Below are positions 36,182 through 47,700 of a stretch of DNA of 64,000 bases, piece by piece. Made by a program: the position numbers and the translations under genes. Positions within the stretch are counted from its first letter, which is position 1. Every line of letters starts with the position of its first letter. The notes under the pieces were generated by a model. That model was given only the letters and a program-made list of their open reading frames with translations, was not told where the DNA came from and did no database searches. This DNA is from Pseudomonadota bacterium (GTDB lineage: Archaea > Thermoplasmatota > SW-10-69-26 > JACQPN01 > JAJPHT01), in contig JAJPHT010000014.1 of the NCBI GenBank assembly GCA_021325135.1, positions 42,111 to 106,110 of the forward strand. Reading direction: 5' to 3'.

Positions 36182-36580
36182 GTGAGCGTGAAATCGCCCC
36201 CCGATGGCCTTGACGAGGTGCTCGATGCGGTCGACTCCGCGACCCGAGAGCACGTCTCCCGCGCCCCCGCGATGGAGATCATCGAGGAGCCGAGCAGCTT
36301 CGTCCTCGCCTGCGAGATGCCCGGCGCCGAGCGCGAGGACATCCGGGTGGACGTGAGTCCCCACCGGGTCGTCGTCGCCGCCCTGCCGCGGGCCGCCCGC
36401 GAGGCGCGCTCCCGCCCCGGCTCCGGCGCGCCCTACCAGGACTTCGAGCGGGCCGTCCCCCTGCCCGCCGAGGTGGACCCGGAGGGCGCCGAGGCCCGGC
36501 TGAACAACGGCGTCCTTGAGGTGATCCTCCCCAAGAAGCGCATGGGCGGGTCGGGCGTCTACCGGCTCCCCGCCCTCTAG
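36182..36580 (+). CDS. Hsp20/alpha-crystallin protein
   Basis: EMPGAEREDI, FERAVPLPAEVD and LNNGVLEVILPK. Confidence 0.85.
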   Translation: MSVKSPPDGLDEVLDAVDSATREHVSRAPAMEIIEEPSSFVLACEMPGAEREDIRVDVSPHRVVVAALPRAAREARSRPGSGAPYQDFERAVPLPAEVDPEGAEARLNNGVLEVILPKKRMGGSGVYRLPAL

Positions 36581-36909
36581 GTCCCCTTGGGCCCCGGCGC
36601 AACGGAGAAGCCCAGCGGGCACCCAGACGCCCGCGAGCAGTGCGCCCCGCGCGGTCCTGCTCCCGGGCGGCCGACCTTCCTTCCCGGCCGCCCCTCCCCC
36701 TCCCTTGCCCCTGCTCGCTGGGGTTCAGATTTCCTTGGCCAGGCCGGGATTTTGCGAGGATTTCTCCAGAACTCCGGCGGGTGACGACAGACCTGCTATG
36801 CGGCACCTGACGGGCTTCGCGGCCCGAGTCCAGGAGGCATGGCGTTGGTCCAAGGTCGTTCCCCCCGCCCATCCACCCGCACGCTCCCCGGCCCCTCGGA
36901 GGCGACGGC

Positions 36910-38181
36910 ATGAAGACGCGCCTCGTCGCCGTGGCGATCCTCGCCACCCTCGTCGTCGCGGGCGTCGGCGCCAGCGCGACGCTCTACGTGGCCGCGGGCA
37001 CCCCGGAGCAGGTCGTGGAGGGCCACACCGTCTTCGCCGTCATCTCCAACGTGGGCTCCAACACCACGACGGCCGCGCAGTTCGGCGCCGCCGTCGCCGT
37101 GCTGGTGCGCGACATCGAGACCTCGGGCACCGTCACCCGCTTCCCGGGCGTCCTCTGGTTCAACGACCAGTACCTCGTGAAGCCCTCCGCCGGGGCGCCC
37201 CCGTCAGATTCGGAGCGCGGCCCCTGCACGGGCGCCGTCCTCGCCGTGAACGCCGGGGACAGCGACCCCCGCCTCGACTTCCAGGCCGCCACGCCCGCCT
37301 ACGTCGAGTCCTACCAGGTCACGGACCCCAACGACCACTCGTGGGTCGTCGACAAGTGGTCCAGCGGCGGCGCCACGCCCCACCCCATCTGGGTCGTCGG
37401 CGTGGCCAACACGCAGTCCGGCGGCACCGTCTCCGCCGGCATCGCGACGCCCGACGACGGCACGAGCAACTGCTCCCCCTACTCGGACAACCCCTGCGGC
37501 GGCCCCGACGTCCTGCCCGTCGTGGAGGACGGCAAGACCCCGGTCTACAACGACTCGGGCTCCGCCGAGAGCCGCTCCCGCTGCTTCCTGCGCCCCAACT
37601 CGCCCACGGCAGCCCCCGACGTGAGCAGCCACAAGACCACGGGCGACAACGGCTACGGCTACCCCTGCGGCGGCAAGGACAGCGAGACGCCCCCCGCCTC
37701 GTGCGGGGCCCTGCGCTACAACGCGCTGCTGTTCTTCTTCCTGGACGACCTCACCCAGGCCGGCACGCCCAAGGACCACACCAAGGGCAGCGCCGACTGG
37801 AGCGGCGACGCGAGCGGCTGCCAGTCGCCCACCACCGACCAGGAGCGCCGCAACTCCGGCGTGGAAGGCTACCCCTGCCCCGGCGGCGACGACAACCGCG
37901 AGGGCAACAGCCACCCCTACAACCCCGGCAACGCCTACCCGCTCACCACCTACGACGGGCGGGGCAACCACGGCGGCAGCGCCGACTGCACGGGCGACGG
38001 CGTGAACGACGCGAACTGCCACGCCACGCGCAACGTGGACATCTACTACGGCACGGCGGCCAACCCCGCGAGCCGGACCTTCCGGTTCCGCGACGTGGAG
38101 GGCAGCACCGCGCCGTACTACTGCGAGCCGGGCACGGTGCGCTGCAACCAGGACGACCTGCCCGTCGCGGTGTCACCGTAG
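36910..38181 (+). CDS. secreted Cys/Asp/Gly-rich protein
   Basis: GGAGG SD, signal peptide, about a dozen Cys, no C-terminal anchor. Confidence 0.8.
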   Translation: MKTRLVAVAILATLVVAGVGASATLYVAAGTPEQVVEGHTVFAVISNVGSNTTTAAQFGAAVAVLVRDIETSGTVTRFPGVLWFNDQYLVKPSAGAPPSDSERGPCTGAVLAVNAGDSDPRLDFQAATPAYVESYQVTDPNDHSWVVDKWSSGGATPHPIWVVGVANTQSGGTVSAGIATPDDGTSNCSPYSDNPCGGPDVLPVVEDGKTPVYNDSGSAESRSRCFLRPNSPTAAPDVSSHKTTGDNGYGYPCGGKDSETPPASCGALRYNALLFFFLDDLTQAGTPKDHTKGSADWSGDASGCQSPTTDQERRNSGVEGYPCPGGDDNREGNSHPYNPGNAYPLTTYDGRGNHGGSADCTGDGVNDANCHATRNVDIYYGTAANPASRTFRFRDVEGSTAPYYCEPGTVRCNQDDLPVAVSP

Positions 38182-38212
38182 GGACGCCCGCGGGCGTCCC
38201 GAACCCCTTTTT
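38181..38212 (+). terminator. palindrome plus T-tract terminator
   Basis: Perfect 20-bp palindrome GGGACGCCCGCGGGCGTCCC at the stop, then TTTTT. Confidence 0.55.
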
Positions 38213-38235
38213 CACAGTCTTCCTCCACAAAACGT
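38211..38235 (+). promoter_or_regulatory. TTCACA-N3-TTCCTCC motif
   Basis: TTCACAgtcTTCCTCCACAAAACGT upstream of the 38273 gene. Confidence 0.7.
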
Positions 38236-38272
38236 TCCTTCACCTCGGGGTCTGCGGGCTTCGGGAGCGTCT

Positions 38273-38704
38273 GTGCGAGTCCTTGCGATCCTGGCGTGCG
38301 CCCTCCTGTTGCCGACGGTGGGCGCCCACGGACCCGGTTGCGGGGACAGCCGCGTCCACGTCTACGTCTCCACCCCGCTGGTGGCCAGCCGCGGCGTCGA
38401 CGCCTTCGCCGCCCCGGGCTGCCCCTCAGGCTCCGACCCGGCCTACGGCACGGGTGGAGCCTTCCTCCCCGCGGCCCACCACGGGGACCTCATCTGCGTC
38501 GCGGACAGCGTGGTCGCCCACGTGAGCTTCTCCATCGGGCGCGACCTGGACGGGGACGGCGTCATCTCGCCGGGCTCCGGCGACCAGGTCGCGGGCCCCT
38601 TCGACGCCACCTCCTGCGCCAAGGCCCCCTGGGAGGCCGGGGTGGACGGCGGATGGTGGATCATTCTCGGGTCCGAGGCGACCCAAGGGACCATTTCCGC
38701 CTAG
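38273..38704 (+). CDS. small secreted protein (GxGGAF/DxDGDG family)
   Basis: Signal peptide, VHVY, GTGGAF and DLDGDGVISP. Confidence 0.72.
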   Translation: MRVLAILACALLLPTVGAHGPGCGDSRVHVYVSTPLVASRGVDAFAAPGCPSGSDPAYGTGGAFLPAAHHGDLICVADSVVAHVSFSIGRDLDGDGVISPGSGDQVAGPFDATSCAKAPWEAGVDGGWWIILGSEATQGTISA

Positions 38705-38726
38705 GACCCTCCTAGACCACAAGCAT

Positions 38727-38742
38727 TTCACAATTTTCCTCC
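38727..38742 (+). promoter_or_regulatory. TTCACA-N3-TTCCTCC motif
   Basis: TTCACAattTTCCTCC upstream of the first giant ORF. Confidence 0.7.
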
Positions 38743-38777
38743 GATAACTTCAACCCCCGACAAACGGCATCGTTCGC

Positions 38778-41700
38778 TTGTTGCTGAGCCGGACCGGAGG
38801 CTGTCCGCGTGAGCTTGCACGCTCCCCCTTGTGTGCGCTCGCTGCGGTCCTCTTCACTGTAGGGCCCCTCTTTCTCTCGCCTCTGGCGGGGGCCCAGTCC
38901 GCACCCTCCTCCAGCGTGCCCTCCGACCCCACCCTGCTCAAGGCCCTCGCCCCCTGGATCCTGGGCGACAACGCCACCCGCGGCACCCCCCAGTCCGTGG
39001 ACGCCCTCCTGGCCTCCCTGGGCAGTTCCGCCCCCCTCCTGGGGGCGGGCGGCGGGGGGTGGCCCGCCTACTTCAAGGCCTACGGCCTCCAGCCCAGCGC
39101 CTCGGACCAGGCCGCCCTGAACCGGTTCGCCCTGGACAACCCCTCCCTCTCCCTCATCGTGGAGCGGCTGGCCGGCGACCTCGCCGCGGCCAAGGACGCC
39201 CGCGACGCGGCCATCCCTAGGCTGGCCCCCGCCGACGCCGACCTCCTGCTGCGCGCGGCGGTGGCCCTCTCGGCCGGCGACTCCAGCTCCGTCTCCCCCC
39301 AGGCCGCCGCGCTCCTCTCCCAGGTCGACCTGAAGCGCCTGGACGACGCCGCGCTGGCGCTGCGCAACGAGGGCGTCGCGGCGCGCGACCTCGTCCCGCA
39401 GGCCAAGGCCGCCGACCAAAGCTATCAATCCGCCCTGGGCGCCCCGCTGCGCTCTGCCCTCGGCGCGCGCGACGCGGGCGCCGTGCTCGCCGCGCTGGGC
39501 GACGGCGCCGAGCCCCTCCACACCGACCTCTCCTTCCCGCAGATCGTGGCCGTCTCCGCGCGCCTCCACGGCCTGCCCACCGCGCCCGCCGTCCCCGCCC
39601 TCTCGCCCGACCTCGACGCCCCCCTCGCCAACGTGATGGCGGCGTCCCTCCTCGCGCAGTCCCAGCCCGGGAAGGCCTCCGCGCAGCGCCTCACGGCGAC
39701 CCTCGCCGTGGAGCTTCCCCACCTGGTGCGCGCGGCCTACAACCTCAGCCTCGCGCCCCCCTCCACGCTCTCGCGCCTCTCCGGCTCCGCGACGCCCGCG
39801 CTGGGCGCGCACGGCCGCGACCACTCGATGCAGACGCTCCTGGGCGGCGTCCTGGGCCCCGCGACCCCCACCCTCGCCTCCGACGCCACGTTCACCAGCG
39901 GCGCGCAGGCGCTCCACGCCGCCATGGGCTCGCCCCTCACCGACCTCGCCGCGGCGCAGCGCGCGGAGTCCACCCTTGGCCCCACGCTCTCCCACGCGGT
40001 GGGCGCGCTCCTCGTGGCGCAGGCGGACTACCAGCGCGACCTCTCCCCCTCGTCCCCCGTCCCCGCGCGCGCCCGCGCCGCCGACGCGGCCGCGGCGCCC
40101 CTTCTCGCCAAGGGGACCCCTCTCTCGTCCCGCGACCTGCAGACGCTTGACGACGCCGTGAGCGCCCACGACGCGCTGCGCGCCCTCGTCGCGCTGCGCA
40201 CCGCGGACGTGCTCGCCGCCGCGGACGCGCTTCGCGCGCTGGACGGCGCGTCGGTCCCCATGCAGGCCTCGACGCCGTTCGTCTATCGCGACACGATGAT
40301 CGTCGTCACGGGCCCCGAGCAGGACCACCTCACCCTCCGCGACGTGCCCCTGGCCCCCATCCTCTTCGTGGACCTGGGCGGCGACGACATCTACGACGTG
40401 CCCCTGGCGGGCGTCAACGGCACCGCGCTGAGCCCCGGCCTCCCCCTCGATTCCACGTCCACGCGCACCTCCGTCGCCGTGGACCTGGGCGGCAACGACC
40501 TCTACCGCGCCGTGGGCCCCATGACGCTGGGCGCCGCGGCCGGCGCGGGCGAGGCGCCCACCCTCGCGCTCCTCGTGGACGCCGCCGGCAACGACCAGTA
40601 CCAGGGCGGCCCCCAGACGCTGGGCTGGGGCTTCGACGGCTTCGGCCTCGTCCTCGACGCCACCGGCGACGACGACTACAACGAGACCGGCGCGCCCCTC
40701 GTCTCCGCGGGCACGGACCTCGTCTCCGCCACCGCGGCCGGCGTCCTCGTGGACGTGCAGGGCAACGACAGCTATCATTCCGCGGACGGCTTCGTGCGCC
40801 TCCTGGGCGAGAACGCCTCGCAGGCCAGCCTCGCCGCCCTCGTCGACTACTCGGGCCAGGACCTCTACGACACCGTCTGCCCCAAGTCCGCGAAGGACGC
40901 CTGCTTCGTCACGCCGCGTCCCGACGCGCCCGGCTTCGTCACCGGCACGGGCCTCTTCGCCGACTTCAACGGCAAGAACGCCTACCCGCGCCCGGGCGAC
41001 CCGTACCTCCCCTCCTTCCAGCAGGGGAACAACAACTACGCGTTCACCACCGGGGAGCGCACCGCCATCGTGCAGTCCGGCCCCCCCGACTCCACCGGCC
41101 TGCTCTACGACAACGACGGCGACCTGCTGCCCAACGTCATCGACAGCACGCTCCTCAACGGCGATCCCGACAACCGCTGCAAGCCCGTCTGCTCCGTCGG
41201 CCTCACCGACTCCGACGGCGACGGCTGGCCCGACACCGCGGAGACGCTCCTGGGCACGGACGCCCACAACCCCAACGAGTACCCCGCGCAGCTCCCCTCC
41301 GTGCAGGAGCTCCAGCCCGGCTCGCTCCTCCCCTCGGGCACCCCCGGCTCCCAGGCGGGGAGCAACATGCTCCTGGACCTGCCCGGCGACGTCGCCATCG
41401 GCCTGCCCGGCGCCACGACCTACGTCAAGGACTACCGCCTCATCGTCGACCTCGGCCTGGGCCAGGCGGGCGTCGACCAGGTGAGCACCGAGAGCGGCTC
41501 CGACGTCTACCTGGACAACGTCTCGTGGAACGGCGTGACCGTGGACCTGGGCGGCGACGATCGATATCAGCCCCCCATGGTGGACGGCAGCCAGATGCCG
41601 GGCATGGCCGCCAGCACGGGCTTCCCCGCGATCCTCGTGGACCTCCAGGGCAACGACCGCTACCTCGGCACGTCCCGCAGCGAGGGCTACGCCACCGGGC

Positions 41701-44700
41701 AGGACTCCTTCGCGCTCCTCCTGGACGGCGGCGGCAACGACCGCTACGAGGCGCCCGCCGGCCTCTCCCAGGGCACGAGCGTCGACGACGGCTCCGCCTA
41801 CCTCATCGACCTGGGCGGCGACGACACCTACCTCTCCCCCAACCAGGGCTACGCCGGGACGGACGTCGCGGTGGGCTCCGTGGCCGTCTTCGCGGACGCC
41901 GCGGGCAAGGACACCTACGACCGCGGCACGACGCCCACCACGTGGGCCGACGTCGACAGCTACCAGGGCGTCTCGCCCGTCGCGACCAGCGTCCCCGTCT
42001 CCACGAAGGGCGCCAGCGCCCAGCCCAACGCCAACACCGTCGCCGCGTTCCTCGACCTCGCCGGGCTGGACACCTACCGCGCCCGCGACGAGGGCGGCGC
42101 GATCCTGGACTTCTCCGCCCACAAGAACGACCGCATGATCGCGCGCCCCCTGCAGGACCCGCGCGGCGGCCCCGTCACCGTCTTCCTCGACACCACCGTC
42201 GTGGGCGCGGCGGGCCCCGCGGACAGCGACGGCGACCTCTCGCCGGACGCCGCGGAGGCGATCGCCGGCACCGACAGCCAGAGCAGCGGCTCCAACCCCG
42301 TCGGCGGCACCGTGGGCTTCCTCCTGGACCTCCCCAACCTCGGCATCGGCGTGGGCAGCCAGGTCGACACGCGCTTCACGCAGGACTACGCCCTCAGCGT
42401 GGACACCGGCGGCCGCGACACGTACCTCAACCACGCGGGCGCCAGCACCCCCCGCTGGGGCGTCGCGCTGGCGGTGGACGCGGGCTCCGACGCCGACACC
42501 TACGCGTCGTCCGGGCTCACCAACCTCTCGGCGTTCCGCCCCCTCATCAGCCTGGGCGCGGGCGCCAACGTGGACGGCGGCGCCGTCGACGCGGGCTACG
42601 GCGCCGCGCAGGGCGCCGGCATCCTGGGCATCGGCATCCTGGAGGACGCCGGCGGCGCCAACACCTTCGACGTGAGCGTGGACGCGCCCACCTGCTCCGC
42701 GTGCACGGTCCCCGTCATGGGCTTCGCCGCGTCGCAGGGCGCGGGCATCCTGGGCGTGGGCGTCCTGGAGGTGGGCGCCGGCGGCAACTCGTTCCACGCC
42801 ACCGCCACCGCGCACTCGCCCCCCGACGACAAGGTCGTCCCCTCGGCCGTCGCGCGCACCGTCTCCCAGGGCGCGGGCGTCCTGGGCATCGGCATCCTCG
42901 CCGTGGAGGACCCGCTGAAGGGCGACTCCTACACCCTGGACGCGCGCGCCGACGGCGCCACGCCGCAGAACGTCACCAGCGGTCAGGGCTACGGCCTGCG
43001 CGGCGTGGGCGTCCTCCTTGACGACGGCGGCAACAACGTGTTCCACGCCGGGCAGATGGCGCAGGGCGCCGCGGACGACGACGAGGCGACGCTTCCCCTC
43101 GCCACTGGCATCAACCTCATCACCATCGGCTGGACCCCGGACCAGCTGGTGCGCAAGTCGCGCGACAGCGTCGGCCTGCTCCTCCTCCCCGGCGCGGGCG
43201 ACGACACGCTGGACGCCGCGTCCCGCAGCCAGGCCTACGCGGGCTTCGGAGGCCTCGCCGCCCTCGTGGACGCCAACGGCGACGACGTGCGCACGCTGAC
43301 GCCCGACGACGGCACGCCCTCCATGGGCCAGGCCGCCGCGCGCGCGAACGGCATCGCCATCCTCCTGGACAACCGGGGCGACGACCGCTATATTTCCCGC
43401 GCGCAGCACGCGCCCGACGACGCGCAGGCGTTCAGCGACCAGGGCGTCGCGCTCCTCGTGGACGCCTCGGGCTCCGACACGTACTCCGCCACCGACCAGG
43501 CGCAGGGCATGATCGCGCCCAATCCCGTCCTGGTCAACGGCCTCGCGACCCCCGCCACCGCGCTCCTGCCCAGCGACGCGTTCTTCGTCGACCGCATGGG
43601 CGTCGACTCGTACCAGATGGGCTACGGCAACCTTGGCCAGGGCGGCGTCCGCGCGCCCAGCGCGCCCACCACCAAGGAGGGCGTGGGCGTCGCCCTCTTC
43701 CTCGACCTCGGAGGCATGGACGCCTACGCGGCCGCGCTGCGCGGGCAGACGCCCCTCTCCGAGAAGCAGGGCTCCACCGTCGTCGTCGGCCCCACCAGCC
43801 GCCCCTCCGACGGCAACGACTGGCGCTGGACCAGCGCCTCGGGCACCAACGGCGAGTACCAAGGCCTGGGCGTCGACGACGAGAGCGTCGGCGACGGCGT
43901 CGCCGCCCTCACCTCCGCCCTTTCGACCACCGTGGGCGTCGGCGCGGAGGTCGCCGTCAAGGACCCCGACACCGGCGCGAACGCGCCCTCGCCCCTTCAC
44001 GGCAACGTGCAGCTCGTGGGCCACCTGGGCAACGGCGGCTCCGCGCTGAAGTCGTCCGCCCAGGGCGTCGACCGCGTCGAGTTCCGCCTGGACTCCCTCC
44101 CCCTGGGCCGCGCGACGATCCCCTCCGGCGACGACTTCAAGCTCGCCTGGAAGTCCAACGCCACCGACATCAACGGCGACCCGCGCTACGCCGACGGCGA
44201 GCGCACGCTGCACGCCTACGTCTACCTGCGCGCCGGCACGCCCGCCGCGGCCGACAGCACGGGCCGCCAGCAGGCCGTCGACGCCGAGCCCATCCCCACC
44301 GAGGCGCAGGTGCTCATCGACAACCCGCCCGTCCCGCGCGTCCCCGCGATCCCCAGCGTCCTCTCCACCTCGCGCGGCGAGATCGAGATCCCCCTGCGCG
44401 TCGACCGCGACCTGGAGACGCACACGCAGTGCCCCGCGTGCGACCCCGCCTCCGTCGCGGCCGGCCCGGACGACTGGGCGCCCGCCCCCACCGTCGACCT
44501 GCTGGGCGACGCGCGCGGCGAGGCGTTCTGCCTCGCGGAGGACTGCGCGCCCACCGGCGTCACGGCCGTCCTCGCCCAGGGCAAGGTCTACCTCAACTGG
44601 ACCGCGCCCGCCGAGGACCTCTCCTCCGTCAAGCTCTACCGCGTGTTCCGCAACGACTCGGGCGAAGCCCGCCTCATCGGCTCGGTGGACGCCCGCGCGC

Positions 44701-47700
44701 CGCAGATGCGCTTCCTCGACGCGACCCCCGGCCCGCAGTACCGCGTCGAGGCCGTGCGCGAGCGCCCCGTGAGCGCCGGGTCCAACGCGCTCCCCTGGAC
44801 CATCACCGAAAGCCCGTGGACGAACGCGGCCGCGCCCGACCTCCCCGGCCCGGTCACGGGCCTGCGCGCCTTCGGCGCCGAGGGCGCCATCCGCCTCGCG
44901 TGGAGGCCCGCCCCCGGAGCGGAGGGCTACGTCGTGCTGCGCAACCTCACCGAGGACGCCTCGACCTTCGGCGCCGTCGGCTCCCCCCTGGGGCCCGACG
45001 CCACCACGTTCCTCGACCAGGTGGACGGCGCCGGCACCATGTCCGACGTCCGCTACACGTACCAGGTCGTCGCGACGGACTCCCTGGGAAGCCGCAGCCT
45101 CCTCCCCTCGCTCCCCGTCTCGGCCCTCGCGGCCCCCGGCGAGAAGGTCACCCTGACGCTCCAGGGCGCCACCGCAGACTACGGCATCGTGGACAACCTC
45201 TCGCTGGGCGGCGCGCAGGTGGGCGCCATCCGCTGGGCCACGCCCTCGCAGGTGCCCGACGGAAGCTATCTCCTCACCACGCGCCTGGAGGACGCGCGCC
45301 ACGCCGTCGCGCAGACGCAGACGCCCGTCCTCCTGGATGGCACGCCGCCCGTGACCTCCATCGGCCTCCCCGCCCTCGTGGGCAACGCCCGCCAGGTGGC
45401 GGGCGGCCTGAGCGTGCCCCTCACCATCAAGGAGTCCGGCAGCGGCCTCGCGGCCGTCGCGCTCTACGCGCAGGTGGGCGACGGCCCCTGGAAGACCGTG
45501 GGTCCCATCAGCCCCTCGCAGTTCCGCTTCGACGGGACCGCCTACGTGGGCGACGCCGTCGTGCCCGGGATCATCGACGGCCAGACCGTGCGCCTCATCG
45601 CCGCCGCGCAGGACGTCGCCGGCAACGTCGAGGGCCTGACGCGCGCCGTCCCGTGGACCCCCGACGTGACCGACGGCCTGGACGACCTCCTCGCCGCGGG
45701 CGCCGCGACCACCGTCCGCACCGACTTCCAGGTCCCCAGCGGCAGCGCGTCCCCCATGCTCGTCTTCGTCCGGCCCAACGCCACCGTCCACCTGGAGATG
45801 ACGGCGAAGGACGTCGGCAGCGGCGTCGCCTCCGTCGTCGCCGACATGGGCATCGCCACGGTGCACCTCGCGCCCCACGGCAGCGCGTGGGGCGGCAACT
45901 TCGTCGCGCACGACACCTGCCAGTGCCCCGTCAACTTCATCGTGCAGGACCAGGCCGGCAACACCGCCAAGGTCCCCGGCGGCATCATCGTCGTCGACAA
46001 CAAGGCGCCCAACCTCACCGCCGCGCAGGTCTCCTTCCCCGGAGGTCGCGCGGTGGGCCTGCCCGGCGACATCGCGACCGTCCTGCTCTCGGTCGTCGAC
46101 GAGAACGACAACAGGATCCCCCAGGGCGGGATCAACGTCACCCTCGACGCGCGCGCGTTCTCCAGCGCGGGGAGCGTCTCCGCGACCTACGACGAGTCGC
46201 TGGGGAGCTACCGCGCGCAGTTCATCGTCGACCGCGCGCCCGCCGCCAACGCCACCCTCGTCGCGCGGCTCACGGACCCCGCGGGCAACGCCGCGAGCTA
46301 CCCCATCAACCTCACGGTGAACGCCACGGGCGTCCCCTTCTCCTCGCCCGTCGCCGTCTCGCCCGGCAGGACCTCCGCGCGCTTCACGTGGACGACGCAG
46401 GACACCGCGCGCGGCCGCATCGAGTACGGCGCGGGCGACCAGTTGGGCGCCACGGCGGACGAGCCCGCCGACGCCACGCAGCACGACATCACCATCACCG
46501 GCCTCGTGCCCTCCACCAACTACACGTTCCGCGCCATCGTCGTCTCCGCCGCGGGCGTGCAGACCGTCTCCGACGTCTCCACCTTCGAGACGCTTCCGGG
46601 CATGAACGTCACCCTCGGGCGCGCCTCCTACCTCTCCAATGGGGCGCTCGTCGTCCCCGTCCACGTCGACACCTTCGGCGCCGAGGGCCAGCCCGCCATC
46701 GAGCTGACCCTCGTGCCGCCGCGCGGCTCGCCCACGGTGATCGCGGGCGCCCATGGCGTCGACGCCGCGCCCACGCTGGACCTCACCTCCTTCCGCGACG
46801 GCGAGTACCGCCTCTTCGCGACGGCCTCGATGAGCGGCCTCGCCGGCCAGAGCGCGACCTCGCGCCTCGTCCTCGACCGGACGCCGCCCCTCGTCTCGCT
46901 CAATAGCTCGCAGGTCCTCGTCGCGGGCAAGCTCCTCTCCTTCCAGGCCGTGGAGCGCGGCTCGGGCATCGACATCCTCAACGCCACCGTGACCGTGGGC
47001 GGCAACGACTGCCTGCCGTTCCTCCAGGGCGACACCGTCTCCTGCCGCGTCCCCGCGCTCCCCTCGGACGACTTCGCCGCCGTGGCCGTCCACGTCCCCG
47101 ACCTCGCGGGCAACGCGCAGGACTTCGAGGTCCGCCTCCCCGTGGACTCCGTGGCGCCCGCCCTCGCCAACGCCACCCTCGTGGGCGACGGCGGCACCGA
47201 CGTCATCCGCCCCGGCGGCCAGGCCACCATCGGCGTGGACGCCAGCGACCTCACCCTGCGCAGCGTCGTCGTGGACCTCACGCCGCTGGGCGGCTCCGCC
47301 GCGGAGCCCATGCTTCCTGTGGGAGGCCACCACTACCAGGCGACGTTGAGCATCCCGCCCACGCTCCCCCTGGGCTCCCTCGCGTTCGTCATCCGGGCCA
47401 CCGACGGCGCCAACGGCACGAGCCAGGCCACCGTCCTCGCCTCCGTCGACGCGCTGGCGCCCAGCGTCGTGGGCACCGAGACCGTCACGGCCAACCAGGA
47501 GCCCGGCGCGGCCGTCCTCCAGGTCGCGGCCTCCGAGCCCGTGCGCATCGAGGCGCAGGCGCGCGGCGCCGAAGGCCCCATCTGGCTCAACGTCAGCGGC
47601 TTCTCCTCCCGCCTCTCGCTCCCCCTCACAGGCCTGCGCCCCGGCGCGCCCACCGACGTCGCGCTGACGCTCGTCGACCGCGCGGGCTGGCGCACCGTCG

